Positions 1-9,417 of a stretch of 64,000 nt of DNA are shown piece by piece; position 1 is the first letter of the stretch, and each line of letters starts with the position of its first letter. Made by a program: the position numbers and the translations under genes. The stretch covers positions 256,768-320,767 of IMG/VR virus record IMGVR_UViG_3300046092_000062. One strand, written 5' to 3'. The notes below the pieces were generated by a model that was not told the DNA's origin, ran no database searches, and was given only the letters and a program-made list of their open reading frames with translations.

Positions 1-62
1 TGCTGCCCCAGCAACGAGCTACGCCAGGCTCTTGCTAAAGTGAGCACTTTTTCCAATATCCG

Positions 63-91
63 TTGCTTTTGCAAATAAGTAACTGTACAAT
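63..91 (+). promoter_or_regulatory. sigma70-type promoter
   Basis: TTGCTT(63-68)-17 bp-TACAAT(86-91) upstream of SD GGAG and ATG 114. Confidence 0.55.
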
Positions 92-113
92 ATGTTTTTC
101 AACAGGAGATTAT

Positions 114-389
114 ATGGATAACGACAACGGATATAACCGCAGCTTCAACGGTGATGCAAAAATCAAATTGCTTCAGCTGGTTAACGAAGGTATGCAGGTC
201 ATGAATGAAGTTGAGACTTTGAACGAAGGCCTTAATGACACAATCAAAGCTATCGCAGAAGAACTGGAAATCAAACCAGCTATCCTTAAGAAGGCAGTAC
301 GCATTGCATACAAGGCTAAACTTGGTGAGACCAATCGTGATCACGATGAGCTTAACACAATCCTTGAAACTGTGGGCAAAACCCTTTGA
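114..389 (+). CDS. T4 DsbA-like double-stranded DNA-binding protein
   Basis: 91-aa helical protein (IKAIAEELEIKPAILKKAVRIAYK) resembling T4 DsbA/GapR-like proteins; ATG 114 preceded by AGGAG. Confidence 0.6.
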   Translation: MDNDNGYNRSFNGDAKIKLLQLVNEGMQVMNEVETLNEGLNDTIKAIAEELEIKPAILKKAVRIAYKAKLGETNRDHDELNTILETVGKTL

Positions 390-673
390 ACGTTGTTATT
401 GACATTTGGAAATGGATTAAGGCCGACTTTAGAGCTTGGCCTTTTCGTTTCTGCTTAGAAGTAGCAGCGTGGATAGCTAGCATTGGGTGTTCAATCACTA
501 TGATGCTAACTGTTCCTACCCCACCCTTCCTAATACTGTACCCACTGTTTATTACTCAGTGCGCTATTTTTGGTTGGAGTGCGTGGTCTAGAGGTAGCTT
601 TGGAATGTTAGCTAACTATGTGTTATTAGTAAGTATTGACAGTGTTGCATTGTTTAGGTTAGTCACAATGTAA
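386..673 (+). CDS. small membrane protein
   Basis: three hydrophobic segments; start overlaps previous stop. Confidence 0.65.
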   Translation: MNVVIDIWKWIKADFRAWPFRFCLEVAAWIASIGCSITMMLTVPTPPFLILYPLFITQCAIFGWSAWSRGSFGMLANYVLLVSIDSVALFRLVTM

Positions 674-680
674 CGGAATC

Positions 681-732
681 GCCCACCTTACGGGCATGTA
701 GAGTATGTGTGAGCTCAAAATTACACTAGGAG
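681..732 (+). promoter_or_regulatory. candidate RNA operator: hairpin + H-type pseudoknot before SD
   Basis: GCCC/GGGC hairpin 681-695; S1 GAGU(701-704)/GCUC(713-716); S2 GUGUGA(707-712)/UUACAC(721-726); SD AGGAG 728-732. Confidence 0.45.
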
Positions 733-737
733 AAAAT

Positions 738-911
738 ATGAGTAATAGAACGTGGTTTGAAGAACCGGGCGAGCCTATCGCCCCATGCGAAGATTGTCCC
801 GACCCAGGTAATTGCTGCCTGACACGATGCGGGATCCAAGAATACCTTAAAGAAGATACAGCAGATATTCGTGGCGAAACCGATGAACAGCTTCGAGGAG
901 ACTGCGAATGA
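738..911 (+). CDS. small Cys-rich protein
   Basis: strong SD; CEDC...CCLTRC; ATGA overlap with polymerase start. Confidence 0.55.
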   Translation: MSNRTWFEEPGEPIAPCEDCPDPGNCCLTRCGIQEYLKEDTADIRGETDEQLRGDCE

Positions 912-3577
912 GTTATGTTGACGCAATCTTTGACAGAGCAAAAGACAAGATCCATGTAGTAGAACGAGTTAACGGCGAACGTGTTTTTCGTGAATACCCA
1001 GCCGAGTATATGTTTTATTACGACGATCCACGCGGCAAGTTTCGCACCATCTACGACACACCGGTGTCTAGATTCAGTACTCGCAACAACAAAGAGTACC
1101 AGAAAGAGCTACGCATCAACAGCGACAAGAGACTTTGGGAAAGCGATATTAACCCAATCTTTCGTTGCCTTGAAAGCAACTACTTAGGCGCTAACTCACC
1201 TAAGCTACAAACAGCCTTTTTCGACATTGAGGTCGACTTTGATCCAGTACGCGGTTACAGTCGACCTGAAGATCCCTTTAACCCAATTACAGCTATCTCA
1301 GTGTACCTAGACTGGTTAGACAAGATGGTTACTCTAGTAGTACCACCTAAGACCTATAGCTGGGAAACTGCACAAGAGATTTGCAATCGCTTTGAAAACT
1401 GCTATCTGTTTGAAAAAGAAAAGGACATGCTAGACACGTTCCTTGACTTGATTGAAGACGCAGACATCCTAAGTGGTTGGAACAGTGAAGGTTTCGATAT
1501 TCCCTATACCACAATGCGTATTACTAAGGTGTTGAGTAAAGACGACACACGTAGACTGTGCCTGTGGGGACAAATGCCAAAGCAGCGTATGTTTGAACGC
1601 TTTGGTGCAGAACAACTAACCTTTGACTTGTTGGGTCGTGTGCATTTGGACTATATGCAACTGTACCGCAAGTACACATATGAAGAACGACACAGTTATA
1701 GTTTGGACGCCATTGGCGAATACGAACTAGATGAGCGTAAGACAGCCTACGAAGGCACGTTGGACCAATTGTACAACAAAGACTTTCCTACGTTTATTGA
1801 ATATAACAGACAAGATACCATGTTGTTAGCAAAGCTAGACAAGAAACTACGTTTCCTAGATCTTGCTAACGAACTTGCACACGACAACACCGTGTTGTTA
1901 CAGACCACAATGGGTGCGGTAGCTGTGACGGAGCAGGCGATTATTAACGAAGCTCACGCAAGAGGTATGATTGTTCCTAATAGAAAGAGTCGAGATGATC
2001 AAGGTGAAACACAAGCGGCAGGTGCCTACGTTGCTTACCCCAAAAAGGGAGTACACAACTACATCGGAGCGATTGACATTAACTCGCTCTACCCCTCGGC
2101 TATTCGAGCCCTTAACATGGGCCCAGAAACAATCGTCGGGCAACTGCGAACCACAATGACCGACAAGTATATTGCAGACAAAATGGCCGCAGGGTCTAGT
2201 TTTGCAGATGCTTGGGAAAACATGTTTGGTACACTAGAGTATCAAGCAGTAATGGAAGGCAAGCCCGGTACAGAGATTACAATCGACTGGGAAGGTGGCG
2301 GAGAAACTGTACACAGTGCAGCGGATGTGTGGAAGATTATCTTCGAAGGTAATCAACCTTGGACTATCAGTGCCAACGGTACAATTTTTAAATATGACAT
2401 GAAGGGTATTATTCCCGGACTGCTAGAAAGATGGTATGCCGAACGAAAAGAAATGCAAGCTAAAAAGAAGACCGCAACGACTCCTGAGGACACAGCGTTC
2501 TGGGACAAGCGACAGCTCGTCAAAAAAATTAACCTCAATAGCTTATATGGCGCCATCCTCAATGCAGGGTGTCGCTTCTTCGATCAGCGCATTGGTCAGA
2601 GCACAACGCTTACTGGCCGGATTATCGCCAAGCATATGGACGCGACAGTCAACGAAGCGATTACTGGCAAATATGACCACGTTGGTGACTCGGTTATCTA
2701 CGGTGACACAGACTCGGTATACTTTAGTGCGTGGCCTGCCATTAAAGCGGAAGTAGAAGCAGGTACTATGGAGTGGAACAAGGACATCTGCGTTCAACTC
2801 TATGATACCATTGCGGATGGAGTTAACGATAGCTTTCCAGAATTCATGGAACGTGCATGTCACTGTCCCCGAGAAATGGGTGCTATCATTAAAGGTGGTC
2901 GTGAACTAGTTGCATACAAAGGTTTGTTTATCAAGAAGAAACGTTATGCAGTGCTAATTTACGATTTGGAAAACAAGCGATTGGATACAGATGGTAAGCC
3001 AGGCAAAGTTAAGGCCATGGGTCTTGACTTGAAGCGTAGTGATACACCTAAGATTGTGCAAGACTTCCTGAGCGAGATTTTGCTTGATGTGTTGACTAGC
3101 GAAGGTGACGATGTACGCCAAGTTGTTATTGACAAGGTGCGTAACTTTAAACTAGAGTTTGCTGCAAAGCCAGCTTGGGAAAAGGGCACACCTAAACGTG
3201 TAAACAACTTGACCAAGTACACTGCGGCAGAAGTTGCACAAGGCAAAGCCAACATGCCAGGACACGTTCGTGCTGCAATGAACTGGAACAGCCTAAAGCG
3301 TATGCACGGTGACAACTACTCAACAGGCATTGTTGACGGTATGAAGACTATTGTATGTAAGCTAAAGGATAATCCATTAGGTTATACCAGCGTTGGTTAC
3401 CCAACTGACGAAGCACACATTCCGCAATGGTTCAAGGACTTGCCGTTTGACCAAGACCTAATGGAAACTACTATTGTAGACCAAAAGGTTGAGAACTTGT
3501 TGGGAGTATTGGAGTGGAAGATCTCCGAGAGCACCGACATTAAAACAACGTTTGATAGTTTGTTTAGCTGGGAATAA
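908..3577 (+). CDS. polB: family B DNA polymerase (T4 gp43-like) with 3'-5' exonuclease
   Basis: FDIE (ExoI), GWNSEGFD (ExoII), YNRQD (ExoIII), DINSLYPS, KKINLNSLYG, YGDTDS, KKRY. Confidence 0.97.
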   Translation: MSYVDAIFDRAKDKIHVVERVNGERVFREYPAEYMFYYDDPRGKFRTIYDTPVSRFSTRNNKEYQKELRINSDKRLWESDINPIFRCLESNYLGANSPKLQTAFFDIEVDFDPVRGYSRPEDPFNPITAISVYLDWLDKMVTLVVPPKTYSWETAQEICNRFENCYLFEKEKDMLDTFLDLIEDADILSGWNSEGFDIPYTTMRITKVLSKDDTRRLCLWGQMPKQRMFERFGAEQLTFDLLGRVHLDYMQLYRKYTYEERHSYSLDAIGEYELDERKTAYEGTLDQLYNKDFPTFIEYNRQDTMLLAKLDKKLRFLDLANELAHDNTVLLQTTMGAVAVTEQAIINEAHARGMIVPNRKSRDDQGETQAAGAYVAYPKKGVHNYIGAIDINSLYPSAIRALNMGPETIVGQLRTTMTDKYIADKMAAGSSFADAWENMFGTLEYQAVMEGKPGTEITIDWEGGGETVHSAADVWKIIFEGNQPWTISANGTIFKYDMKGIIPGLLERWYAERKEMQAKKKTATTPEDTAFWDKRQLVKKINLNSLYGAILNAGCRFFDQRIGQSTTLTGRIIAKHMDATVNEAITGKYDHVGDSVIYGDTDSVYFSAWPAIKAEVEAGTMEWNKDICVQLYDTIADGVNDSFPEFMERACHCPREMGAIIKGGRELVAYKGLFIKKKRYAVLIYDLENKRLDTDGKPGKVKAMGLDLKRSDTPKIVQDFLSEILLDVLTSEGDDVRQVVIDKVRNFKLEFAAKPAWEKGTPKRVNNLTKYTAAEVAQGKANMPGHVRAAMNWNSLKRMHGDNYSTGIVDGMKTIVCKLKDNPLGYTSVGYPTDEAHIPQWFKDLPFDQDLMETTIVDQKVENLLGVLEWKISESTDIKTTFDSLFSWE

Positions 3578-3580
3578 CCC

Positions 3581-4516
3581 ATGACTATGAAACTACACGA
3601 TGTTGTAGAGCTACAGCAAGCTCTTGTGGACTTAGTGCCTACCAAAGGCATCGAACACGAGATTGATGCTATAGTGGGCAATATTGATCTAATCAAGGGA
3701 AAGTACACAGAAGACTATGCCTACAGATTAGATCAATTGCAAACTAGCCTACGAGAAATTAAGGCTAGTTTGCATAAGCCGTTGGCTCTAGTAGACGACA
3801 TTAAAGATATTGTTGGACAAGACCTAACTGATGCTACTGCTAAGTTTGATGCAGTTGATTATCAAGATGAATTGCGTTATGCCAATGCAGAACGTATACG
3901 TCAAGTACGTCAACTGTATGTGCCAAATGGTGCAGACGAAATTGTTACTAGGGCTATTGACTTATATGTTGATTGGCGCTATCCTGGATTGGAAATTGGT
4001 TGCCGTGACGGTCATTGGACCAAGTATCTAGTAAGTTGCGATCCATTGTACATTACAGATGTGTTCCAGGAATTTTTGGATAGCACCTCTAGTAACTACC
4101 CTGAAGAGTACCAACAACGGTTGCGCCCATACTTGATCGAAAATCAAAATCTATCCATGCTACCACAGAATCAATTTGGTTTTGTGTTTAGCTGGAACTT
4201 CTTTAACTACCTGACGTTAGCTAACATTAAACATTACCTAACACAAGTACTCACTCTGCTTCGGCCAGGTGGAACATTTATGTTCAGTTACAACAATGCA
4301 GATTTAGCAGCGGGTGCAGCGTATGCTGACAGCTACTTTATGAGCTATGCACCTAAGCATCTTCTAATTCCCATTTGCGAAGAACTTGGGTATGAAGTAA
4401 TTGGTACAACTGATATTGAACCGGCAGTAAGTTGGTTAGAGATCAGAAAACCTGGCACACTTAAAATGATTAAAGCTCATCAAGTTTTAGGTGAAATAAA
4501 ATACGTTAACCCTTGA
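3581..4516 (+). CDS. class I SAM-dependent methyltransferase with N-terminal helical region
   Basis: GLEIGCRDG motif I; FGFVFSWNFFNY; LLRPGGTFMF. Confidence 0.75.
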   Translation: MTMKLHDVVELQQALVDLVPTKGIEHEIDAIVGNIDLIKGKYTEDYAYRLDQLQTSLREIKASLHKPLALVDDIKDIVGQDLTDATAKFDAVDYQDELRYANAERIRQVRQLYVPNGADEIVTRAIDLYVDWRYPGLEIGCRDGHWTKYLVSCDPLYITDVFQEFLDSTSSNYPEEYQQRLRPYLIENQNLSMLPQNQFGFVFSWNFFNYLTLANIKHYLTQVLTLLRPGGTFMFSYNNADLAAGAAYADSYFMSYAPKHLLIPICEELGYEVIGTTDIEPAVSWLEIRKPGTLKMIKAHQVLGEIKYVNP

Positions 4517-4541
4517 TATTTTCTAAATATATCTATATACT
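4513..4541 (+). promoter_or_regulatory. sigma70-type promoter with embedded TAAATA late-type box
   Basis: TTGATA(4513-4518)-17 bp-TATACT(4536-4541); TAAATA at 4524-4529. Confidence 0.55.
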
Positions 4542-4562
4542 ACACATTACATTGGAGAACAC

Positions 4563-5297
4563 ATGCAAGACAATCTAAAAGACATCGTACAGCACACATT
4601 TGGACTAGGTTCAATTGAGTTGGTTAAAGTGACCGGCACTGCAAGCGAAACAGTCCTAAACACAATCGCCGAAGACCGTTCGGTTATTGTTGAGGCTAAA
4701 TTTAAAAACCCAGTACCAGAATTTGTTGGTACGTTTGGTATGCCTAACTTGGGCAAACTAAAAACAATCCTTAACATCGAAGTATATCGCGACGATGCTA
4801 AGTTGAGCATTAACACACAGCAAAACTCTGCAGGCGAAACTGTTCCAGCTGGTATCCACTTTGAAAACAAAGATGGCGACTTTAAGAACGACTATCGCTT
4901 CATGAGTGCAGAAGTTGTTAACGACAAACTCAAAGCAGTCAAGTTCAAAGGCGTTCGTTGGGGTGTTGACGTAGTTCCTACTATTGCTAGCATCCAGCGT
5001 ATGCGCTTCATGGCTAGTGCTAACAGTGAAGAAACTACGTTTACTGCTAAAACAGAAAACGGAGCACTCAAGTTCTTCTTTGGTGACTCGTCAAGTCACG
5101 CAGGTAACTTTGTTTTTGATAACAACGTTAGTGGCACATTGACTAAGAGTTGGTCTTGGCCAGTAGACGCAGTTATCAGCATCCTTGGATTGCCAGGTGA
5201 CAAGACCTTCAAGATCAGCGACGAAGGTGCTGCAATGATTACCGTTGATAGCGGCATTGCTGATTACAGCTACATTATTCCTGCTCAACAAAAGTAA
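4563..5297 (+). CDS. sliding clamp / polymerase processivity factor (gp45-like)
   Basis: 244 aa, two-lobed beta/alpha pattern (FGMPNLGKLKTIL; final strands ISDEGAAMITVDSGIADYSYIIPA); next to polB. Confidence 0.65.
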   Translation: MQDNLKDIVQHTFGLGSIELVKVTGTASETVLNTIAEDRSVIVEAKFKNPVPEFVGTFGMPNLGKLKTILNIEVYRDDAKLSINTQQNSAGETVPAGIHFENKDGDFKNDYRFMSAEVVNDKLKAVKFKGVRWGVDVVPTIASIQRMRFMASANSEETTFTAKTENGALKFFFGDSSSHAGNFVFDNNVSGTLTKSWSWPVDAVISILGLPGDKTFKISDEGAAMITVDSGIADYSYIIPAQQK

Positions 5298-5923
5298 TGT
5301 CTTTAGGTCATCTGATACCTAGAGGATACCGTCCCGGTAGTGGGTTAATATCCCCTACTGGGATTTTCTATCTAAGTATCCCCAAGAATGCCAGCACATA
5401 TATGACCAACTTACTGGTTGCCAATGATTGGCGCCACAATGACGTATACAGTCCCGATATTAAGGAATGTATAGTTGTTCTACGTGATCCAGTTGATCGT
5501 TGGCTTAGCGGCTTTGCAACGTATGCAGCCAGCTGGTTGCTCGGGGAAGGATACGGCAGTGATCACTTTAGGGAAGACTACAATGATCTCACACAGCGAA
5601 TCATCTTTGATCAAATTGTATTTGACGACCACACCACCGAACAAGTAAAATACGTTGAGCAACTAGGTGACCGTAAGATTACATTCTTTAAACTCAATTA
5701 CGAGTTAGGAATGAACTTAGAAAGTTTTTTAGATTGCAAGCTAGGTCTAAATAACCCTATAGCAGATAACGCAGGCGAAGACAATTACGATACTAAAATG
5801 ATTGCCAAGCACATGAGATTCAGAGTAGAACAAGATCCAGTTCTACGTGCTAAGATCATTGCGCGATATGCTGCTGACTACGAACTAATTAAAACAGCAA
5901 ACTATTACAATGAGCCAAGATAA
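5297..5923 (+). CDS. sulfotransferase family protein
   Basis: 5'-PSB-like YLSIPKNAST and 3'-PB-like VLRDPVDRWLSG. Confidence 0.75.
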   Translation: MSLGHLIPRGYRPGSGLISPTGIFYLSIPKNASTYMTNLLVANDWRHNDVYSPDIKECIVVLRDPVDRWLSGFATYAASWLLGEGYGSDHFREDYNDLTQRIIFDQIVFDDHTTEQVKYVEQLGDRKITFFKLNYELGMNLESFLDCKLGLNNPIADNAGEDNYDTKMIAKHMRFRVEQDPVLRAKIIARYAADYELIKTANYYNEPR

Positions 5924-7604
5924 TTTAACAAGCAAACAAAAAGATTACGCAGTATTCTTGCCAGCTATCAGTGGCTTCTACGGTACGTTTGTGGGCAAAC
6001 AGCGTGTTAACAATGACTATGTCGACCCAGCACGTTTCCCGCAAGGACTAACCGACATGGAGCAGATGAACTGGCTTAACGATCAAAAGGGCTTGTTCCC
6101 GTATAAGTGGAGTCTATATTCAGGTGGACATGCTAACTTGGATCTCACTAAAGAAGATGCAAGCGAAGACATGGTTCGCAAACGTGACCCAAACACTATC
6201 CTGCTAGGTGACTCGGGAGGATTCCAGATTGCCAAGGGCTTGTGGGAAGGCGAGTGGCGTGATCTTAATAGCCAAGAAGTTAAAGACAAAATGGCCGCAA
6301 TGGTAGCACTAGGTGTAGAAGTTAAGCCGGTGCTAGACAAAGCTGGTAACCCTGTTATTGGCAAGAAAGGTCCGAAGACTATCACAATCGACCATGCTAA
6401 AAACTATCAAAACTTAATTGATGCAGCACAAAAGAAACGTGGTGCTGTTCTAACGTGGTTAGATAGTATCAGCAATTACGGCATGGGATTGGATATTCCA
6501 ACTTGGGTTATCCATGACAAGAAAGCCAGCGATGCGTGTGGTATTAAAACTCTTGACGAAGCTGTTGCAGCTACAAAGTATAACAACGAATACTTCATGG
6601 CGCAACGCAAAGGCAAGAACAATGGCGGCGCTAAGTTCCTAAACGTGTTGCAAGGTGACAATCACAACAGTGCCGAAGATTGGTACCAAGTAATGAAAGA
6701 GTACTGTGATCCTGTTAAGTATCCTGATACACACTTTGATGGCTGGGCAATGGGAGGTCAAAACATGTGTGACGTACACTTGATTTTGAAACGTCTAGTA
6801 GCACTACGTTATGACAACTTACTACAAGAGGGCAAGCATGATTGGATGCACTTCTTGGGCACAAGTAAACTAGAGTGGGCTGTGTTGCTTACTGTTATCC
6901 AGCGAGCTGTGAGAAAATATGTCAATCCTTCTTTTACTATCTCTTTTGATTGCGCTAGCCCTTTTCTTGCAACAGCTAACGGCCAGGTATACTTCGAAAA
7001 CGTATTTCCGCACAACGGAAAGTGGAGCTACAGAATGGCTCCAAGTGCAGACGACAAAAAGTACGCCACTGACACACGCAAATGGTCAGACGGAGTGGTA
7101 CAAGACGGCATTTACCCACGCTGGGAAGACAGTCCCCTTAGTGACATGTTTAAAATGAAAGATATTTGCATCTACAAGCCAGGCGATCTTAATAAGATTG
7201 GCAAAGAAGGTGCAACATCATGGGACAGCTTTAGCTACGCATTGCTTATGGGACATAACGTATGGATGCACCTTACTGCGGTACAAGAAGCTAATAGACG
7301 TTTTGATGCAGGCGAACATCCTGCTATGATGCGATCAGAAAAGCCACTTGCACCTTACTTTGAAGATATTGTCGAAGCTATTTTTGCAGCACCCGATCGT
7401 GAAACAGCAGAAGAGATTATTGAAATGTACGGCGGCCCCAATGGTTACTGGACTGAGATTATTGGCACTCGTGGATTTAAAGGCAAGAAGGCAGTAAGCG
7501 CTCGCCCAATGTTTGATAAACTATTTGACGTAGAAGATCCTGTCAATGACGACGACACTGAATTCAACGAAGCAGCACTAGACAACTTAGAGGATACACA
7601 ATGA
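5910..7604 (+). CDS. dpdA: tRNA-guanine transglycosylase-like DNA 7-deazaguanine insertion enzyme (DpdA family)
   Basis: TGT catalytic motif DSGGFQ; LDIP; NVLQG; MHFLG; SFDCAS; clustered with folE/queD/queE in a phage. Confidence 0.8.
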   Translation: MSQDNLTSKQKDYAVFLPAISGFYGTFVGKQRVNNDYVDPARFPQGLTDMEQMNWLNDQKGLFPYKWSLYSGGHANLDLTKEDASEDMVRKRDPNTILLGDSGGFQIAKGLWEGEWRDLNSQEVKDKMAAMVALGVEVKPVLDKAGNPVIGKKGPKTITIDHAKNYQNLIDAAQKKRGAVLTWLDSISNYGMGLDIPTWVIHDKKASDACGIKTLDEAVAATKYNNEYFMAQRKGKNNGGAKFLNVLQGDNHNSAEDWYQVMKEYCDPVKYPDTHFDGWAMGGQNMCDVHLILKRLVALRYDNLLQEGKHDWMHFLGTSKLEWAVLLTVIQRAVRKYVNPSFTISFDCASPFLATANGQVYFENVFPHNGKWSYRMAPSADDKKYATDTRKWSDGVVQDGIYPRWEDSPLSDMFKMKDICIYKPGDLNKIGKEGATSWDSFSYALLMGHNVWMHLTAVQEANRRFDAGEHPAMMRSEKPLAPYFEDIVEAIFAAPDRETAEEIIEMYGGPNGYWTEIIGTRGFKGKKAVSARPMFDKLFDVEDPVNDDDTEFNEAALDNLEDTQ

Positions 7605-8104
7605 TCAGAGAAGGACACGAAGAAGTTAGATTCTTTCAAGGCAAGGAAGTAGAGCATACTCCTGCATTTGGAAAACAAACTCTATTTGTAGTGGGCGTAC
7701 AGCCATTAGCAGATATTGCCCTAAACCTACGCGGTGCGGACCATATCTACTTTGGTGCCAACATGAGCTTTCCCAATCCTGCAATAAACGATCCAGTTTG
7801 GAACGATTGGGAAAATATGATTCGACCCTTCTTGGATAAAGGGTACACTTGTACGCTAGATATTGACTCGAAATGTGCAGAAGGATTGCTAGAAAGTTCT
7901 CTGTGCGAGCATCATAACTTCATCCCAATGATTTCGGTGAAACTGCCGTATTTACAACAGCTAGGTTATAATGCTACAATCAAGCTAGATGACAAAGACT
8001 TTGCAGCAACTAACCCCGGTGTTTGGTGCCACAGTGTTCACAACCTTATGGATCGAAAAGTATTTACTGATTGGTCCAGCTATACGAAAGACGAAACTTT
8101 ATGA
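7601..8104 (+). CDS. hypothetical protein coupled to dpdA
   Basis: ATGA overlap; alpha/beta pattern (TLFVVG, HIYFGAN, CTLDID). Confidence 0.75.
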   Translation: MIREGHEEVRFFQGKEVEHTPAFGKQTLFVVGVQPLADIALNLRGADHIYFGANMSFPNPAINDPVWNDWENMIRPFLDKGYTCTLDIDSKCAEGLLESSLCEHHNFIPMISVKLPYLQQLGYNATIKLDDKDFAATNPGVWCHSVHNLMDRKVFTDWSSYTKDETL

Positions 8105-8286
8105 ACAATCTCAGTAAAGAGCAGTTACGTCTTGTGATTGCAGAAATGCGCCCAGACATCTCAGACAGCGACTTTGAAGCTATGTGGGAAGAAATGCAAA
8201 CTGCATGTACTACTCACTACTCAGAAGTAGCAAACGAAGTCATTGACTTACATACCACAACCGACTCACAAGGAATTATTAGATGA
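8101..8286 (+). CDS. hypothetical protein
   Basis: ATGA overlaps at both ends. Confidence 0.55.
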   Translation: MNNLSKEQLRLVIAEMRPDISDSDFEAMWEEMQTACTTHYSEVANEVIDLHTTTDSQGIIR

Positions 8287-8732
8287 GCCAACGAGACCAA
8301 GCACTAGCAGATAAGCGTGAGCGTATCATGCAACGTGCAGACCGACAAATTTGGGTAACCTTCAAGAAAGAAGGCATTCACAAATACCCAGCAGCAGCAA
8401 CAGACCCAGCACTAGCAACAGGCGACGAATATGATGTTTCGTTCCTTGGCTTGCCACATCGTCATATCTTTCACTTCCGTGTATGGATTGACGTGTTTCA
8501 CAATGACCGCGACATCGAGTTTATCCAATTTAAACGTTGGCTTGAAAACTTGTATGCCGGCGGTACGCTAGAGCTCAACTTTAAGAGTTGCGAAATGATT
8601 GCAGATGATTTGTACACACAAATCAACACAAAGTATCCTGACCGCAGTGTCTGGATTGAAGTTGCCGAAGATGGTGAGAACGGCGCTTTAATTAAATATG
8701 AATCTCACCGCCCACAACTGATTAGTATCTAA
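8283..8732 (+). CDS. dpdL: QueD-paralog T-fold protein (DpdL-like, proposed CDG decarboxylase)
   Basis: LGLPHRHIF matches LxxxHRHxF; SCEMIA resembles the QueD T/S-xE-x-I/L-A motif; separate canonical queD present. Confidence 0.65.
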   Translation: MSQRDQALADKRERIMQRADRQIWVTFKKEGIHKYPAAATDPALATGDEYDVSFLGLPHRHIFHFRVWIDVFHNDRDIEFIQFKRWLENLYAGGTLELNFKSCEMIADDLYTQINTKYPDRSVWIEVAEDGENGALIKYESHRPQLISI

Positions 8733-8743
8733 GGAAATATAAA

Positions 8744-9007
8744 ATGGCAAACGAACACCTGCAAAAGTACTTGAAGATGAAACCTGAAGTTTCTCGTCTA
8801 TTCAATGACCTCGAAGAGTACTTGGCGTTCTGTAAGAAGCAGGGCTACGTCTATGACGAAAGCCACCTCTACAACGAGAAAACACCGTGGGGCGAAATGC
8901 AGCGAGTTAAAGCTGGCAAGTTCCCTAAGGACAATTGGAGTCCATATCCAAAAGAGCGTCGCGAGTTTAAGCCTCGTGACAAAAACAGCAACTGGAAGTA
9001 CCGCTGA
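8744..9007 (+). CDS. hypothetical protein
   Basis: SD AAGGA; in operon. Confidence 0.7.
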   Translation: MANEHLQKYLKMKPEVSRLFNDLEEYLAFCKKQGYVYDESHLYNEKTPWGEMQRVKAGKFPKDNWSPYPKERREFKPRDKNSNWKYR

Positions 9008-9009
9008 TT

Positions 9010-9417
9010 ATGAGCGCCGCAACTGACATGGGCCAAGCAGAGTTTGACCTACAACGGGTCATGGATCTGTTTGACACTGCCCTAACCAGTAAAGATGAGC
9101 GTGTAGTAAACGCCCTTCGCAGTCTGTTGATGATTGTGGCGCTTACCAATCCCGAAGACGCCGATGCTAAAGGTGATATCGGTCCACTACGTGCAATGGA
9201 ACGTGATTTAAATTCCATGCACAGTCGTATTCGCAGTCTAGAAGACCAAGTACGCCATATTACTGATGCACTGTCTCAGCACAATACCGCTGCTCAATCA
9301 TATAACTCGTATAACTGGCGACCATCTAACCCTTATGCGAGAGATGTGTGGGGACAGGATAAGAGCAATATCACCATGCGCGATTACTTCACAAAAATTA
9401 ACGGAGGTCCCATTTAA
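9010..9417 (+). CDS. hypothetical coiled-coil protein
   Basis: heptad segment LRAMERDLNSMHSRIRSLEDQV; TAATG junction. Confidence 0.65.
   Translation: MSAATDMGQAEFDLQRVMDLFDTALTSKDERVVNALRSLLMIVALTNPEDADAKGDIGPLRAMERDLNSMHSRIRSLEDQVRHITDALSQHNTAAQSYNSYNWRPSNPYARDVWGQDKSNITMRDYFTKINGGPI

Noticed and set aside
1-52. Hairpin with GCAAC...GCCAGGCTC resembling part of an SAH riboswitch
   Set aside because: The required upstream GAGGAGCG strand is absent and the element is cut by the window edge; it may be the end of some structured RNA but cannot be called
908-3577. Intein or intron in DNA polymerase (also checked thyA)
   Set aside because: Both ORFs are contiguous and of normal length, with no splicing or homing endonuclease motifs
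5910-7604. Canonical tRNA-modifying Tgt
   Set aside because: Much longer and divergent, lacks the C-terminal CxCxxC Zn motif, no queA/queF nearby, and lies in a replication operon; DNA-acting DpdA is more plausible
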